From assembly GCA_040954595.2 (NCBI GenBank), contig CM082578.2:12400520-12464519 (forward strand): DNA of 64,000 nucleotides. Direction: 5' to 3'. Positions 41,301 to 52,508 of the stretch are shown piece by piece. The notes below the pieces were generated by a model. The model was not told the DNA's origin. It did no database searches and saw only the letters and a program-made list of their open reading frames with translations. The DNA is from Balanoglossus misakiensis. Taxonomy: Eukaryota > Animalia > Hemichordata. Made by a program: the position numbers and the translations under genes. Positions within the stretch are counted from its first letter, which is position 1. Each line of letters opens with the position of its first letter.

Positions 41301-42382
41301 ATCCGCCGGCCACAAGACTGTACTCTCCCGACGGGAGGCGGGACATCGTCATATTAAAATGCAGTATAGACGAAAAAGCTCTAATTATTTCATTGGTTTA
41401 CAATATGTTTCTTATAATATTATGTACAGTCTATGCCTTTAAAACCCGAAAAATACCGGAAAATTTCAATGAAGCCAAGTTCATAGGTTTCACAATGTAC
41501 ACAACTTGCATCGTGTGGTTGGCGTTTGTGCCCATTTATTTCGGGACCGGTGGGGATTTTAGGGTGAGTCTGACCTACATTGCTTACCTGTTCTATCTTT
41601 TAGCCTTCAATTTCTGGTGGCGTTTATGTAAAGTTTATGAAAAAATAGTGAAATTGTGTGAATATTGTTGATACGGATCAAATTAATGCATTTATTGATG
41701 ACTTTCTTTCTCCCTCGATTCTTCTCGCCAGATTCAAACCACCACTCTCAGCATTGCAATAAGTCTCAGCGCGTCTGTTGCTCTGGGGTGTCTGTTCGTC
41801 CCCAAGGTCTATATAATTGTCTTCCAACCAGAGAAGAATGTTCGCAAATTAAGTTGCACGTCAGCCACCTTCAGAAAAGCAGGCTCTCACTATTCCCACA
41901 ACCATGGTAGGTGACAAGTTGGCCTGTTTACCACCCCATTAGCATTATGTTGCCTGTCTTTGATCGTTAGCTGTATATATATAACTGGACTTGCTGGGAA
42001 ATGCTCATTTTAAAAACATTTTACATAAATTACGAAAAGTGTTCAAATCATACTAAACTGATGCTTCATGTGGCGAAATCGGACAAACGAAATACTGTAC
42101 ATTATTTTTTATGCTCATGAGGGCGCCCTAACACCCTTTTGTCCAACCTGCCATCCGACCGCTGAATTCTACAGGTTATTGCATTTCGGATCCATAATGA
42201 GCAATTCAATGCATATCGTTATACGCTTTATGCTTTGAAATGAAAGGACATGTTACATAGGATTCATTTTACAAAAAAAAATTCTCTTTATCTTCTTTTC
42301 AGGACACGTTCTTCTTCATCTGCACAGTTCACTGGCGCAGTGCGACAGTCAGAACACCGACACCAGTCAGACCTCTTTGTGA
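36994..42382 (+). CDS. GRM2/3: Metabotropic glutamate receptor, group II (mGluR2/3-like), complete spliced CDS join(36994..38383,40488..41563,41732..41906,42303..42382), 2721 nt, 906 aa
   Basis: Signal peptide, Venus flytrap ([75 protein letters not shown]), Cys-rich domain (CSLPC..CCWIC), 7TM ([61 protein letters not shown]) and C-terminal QTSL*. All three introns are GT-AG with matching phases (1, 0, 1). Group II hallmarks: Arg in RGVQR, Tyr in GGAYSS, FTRAD, SxL/TxL end. Confidence 0.96.
40488..41563 (+). CDS. GRM2/3: mGluR gene 1 coding exon 2: end of flytrap, cysteine-rich domain, TM1-TM6
   Basis: Acceptor ttttgttttctccctttcAG at 40486-40487. G+AC gives Asp and joins the frame of ORF 40490. 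Donor AGG|GTGAGT at 41564 after GGDFR. Confidence 0.95.
41732..41906 (+). CDS. GRM2/3: mGluR gene 1 coding exon 3: TM7 and proximal C-tail ([40 protein letters not shown]...)
   Basis: Polypyrimidine acceptor ending cgccAG at 41731. The translation is the canonical mGluR TM7. Donor CATG|GTAGGT at 41907. The ORF track missed this frame. Confidence 0.93.
42303..42382 (+). CDS. GRM2/3: mGluR gene 1 last coding exon: (G)[25 protein letters not shown], class I PDZ-binding end
   Basis: Acceptor ttctctttatcttcttttcAG at 42301-42302. The phase-1 join gives C..TSQTSL-stop (TGA 42380-42382), resembling the vertebrate mGluR2/3 ending C..STTSSL. Confidence 0.85.
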
Positions 42383-45300
42383 GAGCCTTCGCGGTTTTTT
42401 TACTCAGACGACCAAGTGATGACAGGTTCTTGTGACGTCATCACTCACAGTCGATCGGCTCCACAAGCGATTTTCTGTCTATGGGGAGAGGAGATGTAAC
42501 GTTTTGTACTGGTTGTAGTTTACTGGCATCGTAGCTGACATAAATGGTCATTTCAAAGGAAATACTCTGCTATAGGTATAGCTACATTGCTAGCCAATTC
42601 AACATTGTGTTTGAAAAGGCTCTGTCCAAAGTTTCTTCAATGCATGTTCCACTATCACGTCACGGACTTTATTTTCAGTGAATGGAATTCTGCTTGCGAT
42701 GTGGTTTTACTGTTCAAACAGTGAGCGAACGGTGAATAGTGGTATAGTTTTTACTTGTAAAAGGGAAAAGAGAGAAAGAATAGTGAACACACACAAAAAA
42801 CTGAACATGGTTAGTTGCACAACATACCTGTGCGAAAGGTCTGCGCTATTAATTAGTATGTGTACGATATGATAGCTAGCGCAGCACAAGTGTATGGGAA
42901 GGCCTTTTACTTATTCTTAACACAGAACTATCTTCATAGTTTTGCGTTCGACAGACAATTTTGAACCAACCACTTGCTGATACTATAACCTGAGAGACTC
43001 AACCACCGAAGTGCGCCCTCTACAGGTACAGGTCGCCGGGCGCGCGCGCGGTCTCCGTTTTCAGAGGAGAACGACCGAAAACATGTATTCTGGATTATTT
43101 TCCAAGTCGTTGAACAGATCATAATGTGTAATATGTTTGTGCATTTAACTGTTTCCTGGAGACCTTATGGTATCATCCACATCTTTGTACAGAGTCAGTG
43201 GCTATTAGTTCAACAGTACTGCGTCAAACGAACAGCCGGTTAATGGCGGAAGTAAGAAATAATAATGGACTCAAACTGACACAGGAGAAAATGCACAATA
43301 AGCGCTCATTTTCGTACAAATTTCTACGTTCCAGTCACGGTCCATTGTCATGTAAATATCTACTGTATTCTCAGATTTATCCATGGAAATTGATTAAGAC
43401 TTCGTCTAGGATTTTTTTATACTCTGCGTCATTTTTTGTATATTGTCGCCTCGCCGTTGTAAACTTCTCAGTTCAATGTCTGTCCATTTTATTATCGGAT
43501 GACTGAAAATCTGATGCAAAGGTAATAAATCGCTTCATAGATGTAGTTTTTACTTCCTTTATTTGCAAATGTGCCCAAAATACATAGAGCGCCCTCTTCG
43601 GTACCGTGCTGTGGCGACACACATTATAGCTTTAACTACAGGCTTCCCCGTCAAAGCGAAGTATACTGCAGCTATATAACCACCGCGTTAGGGAGAGGCA
43701 ACAAGCTCAAGTGATGGATGCCACAGCAATGTATTATGGACCCGATAAATTCTAAAGAAAATTATTGGTGTCGTTGCTTTGCTAGGCACGATGACCATGG
43801 AGTCTTTTGGGCCGGCGTAATCCGGTCCACTTAAGCACAGTTAGTGGCGATATAGGGCAGATAAGCTTGATAAATTTTCACTTAAGTCAGCTGTGATCGG
43901 TCACGCACACATCTGATACACCACTTTCTAACACCCACCTTGCGTGCCAAAAAATCAATTTTGTTGTAACACAGAAGAACGCTTCGTGCCCGAATGATAC
44001 AACTTGCGTGGGTATTCGTACATTGAACTGTTTAATCCAACCGATTCTGCCGCTTGGTAATATAATCGGGAAGCACTACAAAAAGTAAACGCACTTCTGT
44101 GAAATTCCAGGATGTAGCCGCGCTGCTAAAAGTGCTGATAACGGGCTACGCGCGTACAGTGGCCCCGTCACTCACGTCATAATTCCTCGTTCTCAGGATT
44201 TACGGCCGTAAAACACTTATAGCGTTATGTCCCCGCTTAATTTGGATATATTTAAACGACCCATAGAATAATATTTTGATACCACCGAGGCTAGTTACGG
44301 CAGATCCGCATTTCATGGGCAGGTTAAGATATTTCAAATATGGTAGATCGTTAAAAGTTCACGATTAAACTTTACCAAGCCACGTTTATATAACAGAGGC
44401 TGAGCGAACGGCAGAATTCCACTCGTGTTATTAAACCTTATGTGCTCATTTGTATTCAAAGGGTGGTTGCAATTTCGACTTGTGACCTTTTGACATCCAC
44501 AAAGCTATACGCATGTAAAAAGCAACAGCAGGAATAAATGCAAAAAAGAGATGGCAATATACATTTGTTATACCGAGCAGGCGGCTGGTTTCCCGCCATA
44601 AATATCTTCAATTTCATAAACGGGTCGGCTAGAAAAATTATCTTGCGAACATGTTACATTCACGCGCCATTTATGTTTCCTATACACGTTGCACATCAGT
44701 TCTGTTCTATTGTTTCAATGGCGAGGACATTTAGGCTTTAAGTTGAAGATGTGTTTGCGCTGGGACTTTAAGTGTGTTGTGCCTCATTATAGACATACAT
44801 TCACTGAGCCATATCGCGCAGTACATTGAACCCAACAATATTGACACCGGGTAGAATTTGTATAGCTGTCCTTCGTGATGGTGTTGTGAAAACTCGTTAA
44901 CTGTCACGTACCTGTGTGCGTTTACGTGCACGTTGCAGGGTTTCTAAGTTTGGTAAATATCGTTATTTTCGAGAACAACAATGATAGAGTGGTCATTATC
45001 ATACAGGAGACGAGTTGGAGTGAAAGGCCCCCGATCATGAAATTTACAGAAGACGCCAACAAACATACACCCACGCACGTGTTTGGTATTTTCAACTATA
45101 AATTCCACTAAACATGGCCATATTCAAAAAACAGCTCGTTCGAAAACTGACAACATTGAATGACAATCGTTTTGCGTGATCAAGGTATTTAACACCTTTA
45201 ACACCACACGTTGCAGCCTATCTCATCCAAATTATAATTTCTAAAGGTTTATAAAGAACGGTAACTTCAAAGTCGAATTCACTATGACGTCATCAGTCAG

Positions 45301-45415
45301 TTTCTTACCTTCTTTGTCAAGCTCCCAGCCATCCAATACTTGCATACAGTATGTACATGTTTAAGGATGACGCATGTTTTTATTTATTATTATACCTGTA
45401 TGTCTAAAAGTTAAG

Positions 45416-45478
45416 AATAAAACATTTTACCCATCTTACAAAGAAGTATTCTTGCAAGTTACCTTTGAAATAAATAAA
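45416..45478 (+). terminator. Candidate polyadenylation signals of gene 1 (implies a 3' UTR of about 3.1 kb)
   Basis: AATAAA at 45416, 45469 and 45473, preceded by TGTA and U-rich sequence (45350-45400). A proximal AATAAA at 43524 is an alternative. Confidence 0.35.
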
Positions 45479-46833
45479 ACGGTGAGGTTTCAGTATTCGG
45501 TAATGTGGCTGTGCCAATTCAATTATCCATCGTCTTTGTCTTCAAAAGACACAGCACACGCATATGATTGACGTTGGTAAATTGACCCGCTTTTGCAATG
45601 TATGCATGTTACAAAACTAATGAAATTACCAAGTAGGGGCAATTGAACTTTTGTTCAAACATGGCCCTGGGATAGTCGCCAAGTTTTCTCCGGAGAAATT
45701 GCACGGTGGCGTTCTTCCCGGAGGGCCTGTGTACGCATAAATGCGACATCGACCCAGACGAGACGATGACACAATTAATAATGAGGAAATTCCCCACGTG
45801 TTACTTAATTATAACCCGCGTAATTGTATTGGCTCACTCGCCATGCAGGCTTAGCTGCACGGCGGCAGAAAATTACACCTCCGTTCCCCCCAAAGGTACG
45901 TATCATGGATCCCAGTGCCACCGTACGGAAATCTTCGCCTTTATTGAAATCATCGAATCGATACCCGTCGGGGATACTTTGTGCGAAACAGGATGCCGGT
46001 GGCGATTCCCCCAAACCATCTCATTCACATCGATGCATCCGAAGCCATGTCATATATGAACGGAATCTCAAGTCTAATATATAAGCGTTCTTGTACATAT
46101 ACAACACCAACTGGGCCACTCATGCTCTGCATTCGTTTAGTCGCTACAGGTCAAGGGTCAAGATTGCAACCAAGTTAAGGATGAAACTATTGCATTACGG
46201 AACACTGCGCATCCGTGATATTGCATGAAATACGTATACTGAAAATCAACGTTATATATCGTTGATATACATGCATTAGTTACTTCCAATTGAGGGTCAA
46301 AAGGGGCTGGTATGATTATATATCGTTGATATAACATACATGTATGGCGAGCGGGAGATCCTACGAAATAGCATGGGCCTATGGAAACTGCATGAAAGGT
46401 CAGAGGTGGGCTCGAAAGTGCTCGCTCGCCTGTAATTGAATACATGGCGAATAGAACAAAAAAGTAGAAGAGAGTTTTCGAGCGAGATATTATGTGGAAC
46501 GCTACCAGGTGTTGAGGTCAGCTGGATCAAGCTCTGTATCTAGTTCAAGGCGTTTTATGAATACGCAATTTCCGCTCCTTCCGTCGTGTCATCAATGTAG
46601 GCCAAAGACTGACAGGGGACTGGTGTAGGGTAAGGGTTTCAGTGTATCCCATAGCACAGTGATTAAATCAATATGGCAATTCTCACACAAAAAATGAAAG
46701 ATTTGTTAAATATAGTAGTCCTTAGATAGTAAAGCAATCCCAAGGAGGCAACAGAAACCCCTGAAGAAACCAGCCAAGACTCTCAGACAAACAGTGGATC
46801 GTCTGCGCATGCCTATAGATGCGAGTGCCCTCC

Positions 46834-47524
46834 TGTTATGTAGGTTAGGTTTGCTGTTGTTTTGTGACCAGGTGTGTTTTCGCTTACTTTTGTAATTTGA
46901 ATATTTGCGTGACCAGGTGTGGTGCATTCATTATTTTCCCCATATAAAAAGCCCGCACGGTGTGTTGCGGCGTAGCTAGTAATTTGGGCTTGCCCGTGTG
47001 AGCTGTTCTGTTCCTCGCCGGCTTGGAAGCTAGCTGTACCGTATTTCATGCTGCACTGGTCAGGAAACCGCGCCTAGAAGCCGTGTTGTTTCATGCTGCC
47101 CTGGTCTGGAAACCGCGCCCAGAAGCCGTGCTACCTCATGAGGAATTCGTCTGAAAGCCGTGCCGTCTACCGGGGAATTGTGCCAGAACGCTACTCGGAC
47201 TGAACGTCACTGTTGGGACTGCCGTGGTGCTGGTCGCGTGCTACAGAACCGTGGACTTTATTCTTTCATTTCCCACACCTGGTCCCATTTAAGGTAGCCA
47301 CTTATTTTTGTGCGTTTTTTCAGTGTATAAGCATTTTATATTTACCCATGTTTATTTGTAATAATTAAACAGTTTCCATAAGCAAGGAAATAACGTGTGG
47401 TGTGCCTATTGTTGACCGTCTTTGTTGCGTGCTGCGCTGGTTGGTTCACCAAAGCGAGCCATTCAGTAAGTCTATTTCTGCTCACTGCCCTGTTTCGGAG
47501 CTGAACGGCCAGCGTGCCGTAACA
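46834..47524 (+). mobile_element. Solo LTR (691 bp) with 5-bp target-site duplication CCTCC
   Basis: Ends TGTTATG...CGTAACA (inverted termini, TG..CA). CCTCC at 46829-46833 and 47525-47529. TATA-like CATATAAAA at 46941. Internal 45-bp-period repeats. Strand inferred from the TATA orientation. Confidence 0.88.
47044..47130 (+). repeat. Tandem 42-bp direct repeat (45-bp period) inside the solo LTR
   Basis: tttcatgctgcactggtcaggaaaccgcgcctagaagccgtg at 47044 and tttcatgctgccctggtctggaaaccgcgcccagaagccgtg at 47089 (3 mismatches). A degenerate third unit follows. Confidence 0.9.
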
Positions 47525-50500
47525 CCTCCCATATGTATCCATTTTATGTTAATGAGTTCCACGTCCAGGAGTACTAGTATTTCCCTTTAAGTTTATGTAA
47601 TACCTTAAATCCAGTAACCTCTTAAAAATTGAAGCATCTTATTCAGCTTATAAGTGTCAGTTACAACATTTAGAATTACATTTACGTCAGCCGTGAAAAT
47701 GTCCCGCATCAGTAGTTAGAATATTATGTAATGCAGTTTTATGCACAGGTGGTCGTCGAGGAATTTTGGCCAAGGGTGTGGGGGTCACTTTAGCTTGGAC
47801 GATAAAATGTGGGCGACGTCACTTTGAGAAACTTGGCCATGTCAGATTACCCGCCGACACCCCACAGTCGGTCAGAAATGACCTGATACTTGCTAAACCT
47901 TCTATTCCACGGCACCACATCGCAGAAGTGTGTATCGCTGGGTCCCACCAGTCGCCAAGCTATATAGTGTTACATGTTTTCGCGCAGAGCGTATATATAA
48001 CGGCTACGGCAAATTAAACCACTACATCATTAAAGGCAAGATTTTATCCGCTGAAAACACCGTGCTCACCACATTAATCATTTCAAGTTTGTTTCAATTC
48101 CGACGGTTAATTGATTTTATAAGTCGGGGATACAGTAGGTGTCACATTCAATCCCGACGCCTGATTGATCTATTACAGCAATACCAATTCTTACAACTGG
48201 CTCAGGATCATTAGTGCTCCGGCGAAAAGATTGAAATTGTCTTCGCACGACACGTGCATAACAATCAATTACCTGGGCGCTTTAAAGAGAGAAAGCCCGT
48301 CACGGCATCGCGGTTAATTATCATGTATATAGTGTGCACGAAAACGACCAATTCAACCTCCATTTCATTTCATTTCATTAGCTTGGAAAGGCAAACAAGG
48401 CTCCTAGAAGTGATATGGAACTGGGGAAACGGCCTGCATTGGCATTGTGAAGTCGGGTTATTGTATGTATACGAGTCTTCTGGGCAGTCACGTCGCTTGA
48501 CAGTTATGTAATTTCAAACGCCCTAAGTGTAAATTGATACTCGATAGCAAGGTTCCCATTGGTTCTGCAGTGTCACGTGTAAACGACTGTCGCTGCCAAC
48601 CTGTCCGGCGTGCCCGAGTCACGACAGTGTAAAGTATTCAGACAGTTGTCTGGAAACAAATTGATCGTGTCAGAGTTCATTAACCAGCGTTGTATATCCT
48701 TGCTTGTTCTGGAAGGTCACCTGTTGTACTTGGCGGGGTATGGTGCCAGTCTTCGCACGTTCCTTTATTTGTGCCATGTGATTATATAGCGTTGTGTCGT
48801 CTGCTTACTCGTATACATAAGAGCGATTCGTGAATTTCTCTGTCCGCTTTATTCGATTCAAAAACTACCCATTCTTGAAAATCATGACGGCTGCCGCAAC
48901 TTTACCCTAATGTGTCCTAGCGTCGCTTCGACCGCGGATTATTTCGCGTCCAGTAGTCGATCGACTTGTCAACAAATTGTGAAAGACAGTGTTGCAATGA
49001 TCATAATGTAGGTGAAAAAAACTTCTGTTGAACTAATATAAGAGTTACAGAAATCACTGTCCAAACGTCTGAAACATGAACCGAATTCTGTCAAAGTAGT
49101 GCTGATCGTGTCCACAGATTCACCACCAATGTTAATAAATGTTCAGTTGCTTTTAACGGAATCTCAGCCGAGCCGTCGAATACGTATCGATCGAATCAGT
49201 GTACACAGTGTCTTTAGGCTGCAAGAGGTGCGGTTGCAGAAAGAATCGATTTACTAAATCCCCTGTGTCTTTGCAGGCAAGGAAGGTTCTGATCGCAAGG
49301 CCTGTTTACATCCATCAAGGTCGCTAGCCCTATGATGTTTCAAATGCACAGCGCTATATAGATGTCACTCTCTCATTCGACGGTGTGGATGACCGTGTTA
49401 CTTGTTATGCAAGTGGTAGTATATGTATGTATGTAGGGTAGATCTTTTGGCTTATTCGCTGGCCAGACGTTTTCAATTACCCATACAAAACATCCTTTGG
49501 ATTTACCAAGTACTAGTATACAAAACACGCTGGATAACCCTTCGTTTTTTCAACATTTTCATCTTATACAGCGATGACATTTTGTCGTTCGTTACATCAA
49601 GGTTGTCTGACTCGCCAGTTATTCGACTCTGAACGACAGACGCGACATTGTTCCGCCGTATGCATGTAAATGACACCGCAGTCTCATACTCTAGTACTTC
49701 AATTCATCGATTTATACCGACTCCTAGCAGAGACACAAAGATTTTCACCGGTTCCGATTCATCTTGAATTCCAACTCGTAGATGTAACTAGATAATCATA
49801 CTAAAATGGCGGGTTCAACATGTCGGGTATATACGGAATGGCGGGAAAGACATGCAGACTACAGAAACACTGAACAGAAATGAGTTAGGAAAAAAATCCC
49901 CCAAAGCATCTGTTAAATATTCCCGTATGTACCAACAGACATTACCCTGACCCCTCATTTTGTCAATGACATCAATTTCGACTGAGCGGGACAAGACGAG
50001 CGACGAGTTTTCGTAATGACGCTTAATTAACTTCCGGGATTAATCACCGTATACAGACTACCACCTCTGGCTATACATCTAAGTAAGATCAATGCAAGCA
50101 AATGAACTCATGGTCAACGTACCGCGAACAGACGCCGTGTTTTTTTCGAATAGAGAGATTCATGAGTTCAATAAGGCCTTCCGTTGCCTAATGCACAAGT
50201 ATTCTTGCCCGTGGATAACGACTCTATGTTGATGATGTTACGCTAAATGGCATTTGTAAAAAGAACAAATGAAGACAATTTGAAATTATTATTTTTTTAT
50301 TTTGCACTGAAAACGCATGTTTAATGAACCGATCAAAACAACTGTCCTAATGATATTTCCTAATTTTACACAACGTGTCCAAATGCGCTTGCGCATACGC
50401 GTGTGTGATCAAATGTTTCACGTTGTGTATGTGTGTCTGTATTTGCTGGTTTGTACAGATGCCCCCCCCCTCTCTCTCTCTATTCGTCATGTTATCGACT

Positions 50501-51221
50501 TAACAATTTAGTCTTTAACTTGCTTTCTCGTAATGTTTTGCATGTACCTCCTAAGTCGCCGTTTACTTAAACTTTACAAAGAGGCCGTGAAACGGCACCC
50601 AGCTAGTTAGCCTGATCAACATGCACTTATTAGGGGGAGATTCATCTTCTGGCAACGTTGAGCTTGCTGATTCTGATAATTTGTAAAGCTTACCCAGTCA
50701 GTTTTTAGTTGGTACAAACTTTTAAAACCAGCGTGGTGAAAACAAGTGAACGAATAGCCCCTGGTCATTTTATAGACTTAAAGCCGTCGCTTGCTTTAAC
50801 GAACAACACGAACCGCAGGTATACCTTCATTCGCACAAAATGAAAATTCGTTGGTAATCGGGCTACTCGTCGCGGCACTCCTTAAGATTTGTGACTTTCT
50901 TTCTTTTCTGTAAAGGTCACTGATCCCTGAAGGGGTCGGTACGTGAGAAACGATAAAACAAAAAGTTGTGCGAGCGTGCTTATTATAGTAAGTACGTTTA
51001 CTTTACAATGCTGCAAGTTGCCATGATGTTGAAATGTGTGTTAAAGCGACCTAGCTTTTTGGCGCGGAATATGGGTAGTTTGCTGTAGTGACGACAAATG
51101 CCCGTTTGCGATACCAATTTTTCTGAGTGTTTCGTGCACGGCGTATCCAAACTTGCTGGATTGTCGCTTATCAGAAATATTACCTTGCATAACTTGAGGC
51201 TTAATACAAAATACTGGCACA

Positions 51222-51237
51222 GTTGTCGTCGTCGCTG

Positions 51238-51270
<33 letters not shown>
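51222..51270. repeat. Short compound (GTC)/(GTT)/(GGT) trinucleotide tract
   Basis: gttgtcgtcgtcgctgttgttgttgttgttgttggtggtggtggtggtt. Confidence 0.85.
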
Positions 51271-52492
51271 TTTTTCCTTCTCAAAGGACAGTTCTGTGCA
51301 TCAATAACATGTAGTTTTTTTACGTTTCCCCAACGGATTCTACTCCGTAACGGATGTTGTTTCCTGTATCCATGGCAACTAGCAAACACAAGCAGACACA
51401 GACTTTTCCTGCGCGAAAGCGTTTTCGATATGAACTCATCCGGCTGACAATACAACGTAAAAAAGTGTCACTGGCCGGGTCGTCTTTAACAAATATATCT
51501 GGATCGAAATGTATTATTTGCCACGGTGTAATGTATTCTGTCAATTTAATATCTCATCACCATAAACGCTCCCGTGGAGATCAGACGATGTTATGATAGT
51601 TGTTCGAAAATTAGTTTTTTGATAATTATATTTCTGGAGTGTCGCACTCTGTTAGCATCATTAACATCTGATGTAATTTCAATTAATCGCCAGCGATCAA
51701 ACCACCGTGAAACTTCGTCACATTTTATCATCAAACCTGCCACGCTGGGTTTGCTCCGGAAAAATCGAGCGGGGGTTAGATTGAGTAATTAAGTTATCAA
51801 AGCAGATTTCGACGTTTATGCGTCATGATGTAACCGCGCAAGGGCAAGACACTGACAAGGGCGCAGCTAAATGACATTTTAAACGCATTTCCTTGACATT
51901 TCACATGCACACGGTCATTTCCAAGGCATTATATACTGTGGCGAATATTTTCGGTAGCTGTGAAAGGTTAATGCCCTGAAATACAAAAAAAAACATTATC
52001 GCGTCTCCACGGAGTGCTTTATCTCTTGGTTATGAAATATCAACCTGATTGAATAAACGACGCGGAAACTGTTGTTTATTCTCACTGGATTTTAAACCGA
52101 AAGCAAGACTGTTATGTAAAGATCACCCGAGGAATAAAATATTACTTTTTAGATTAAGTATGCAAGTTGATTTTTAATAATCATTAAGATCCCAACACTT
52201 CACAGTGTCCAAAAGATAACCTGAACACTCCACTAATATACAGCTCTATATATGAATAATGACGTTCTGTCCTTTTATTCAATCGAAACCTCTCTTTCGC
52301 GATCATATTACAAGGTTTCTCGGCCATCAATCGCCTTCCTTGGGCGCTCCATACGTCATACACATCCAAGACAGACTGAGAGATTTGCCCCGCAGATGAT
52401 ATCTCGCTATTTCTCGAAACCAATCTGAGAAAAGTGCGAAATTTTCGTTCAATTACCACGTGTTCGCCCCCGAGCTCAAGCGTCTCCTTTCT

Positions 52493-52508
52493 CCCCGCCA
52501 ATCAATCA
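52493..52508 (+). promoter_or_regulatory. GC-box/CCAAT-like cluster, candidate upstream promoter of gene 2
   Basis: CCCCGCCAATCAATCA, followed by a CpG-rich stretch and a weak donor GC|GTAAAT at 52646. Confidence 0.2.

Noticed and set aside
40484-41442. Antisense 236-aa and alternate-frame 248-aa ORFs over exon 2
   Set aside because: Same codon-bias artefact.
47044-47165. Direct repeats that might suggest a CRISPR-like array
   Set aside because: Only 2-3 nearly abutting units with no unique spacers, inside a eukaryotic LTR.
47214-47233. Partial REST/RE1-like motif (ctgccgtggtgctg)
   Set aside because: Spacing is off by one base, it lies inside an LTR, and no full RE1 was found near either gene.
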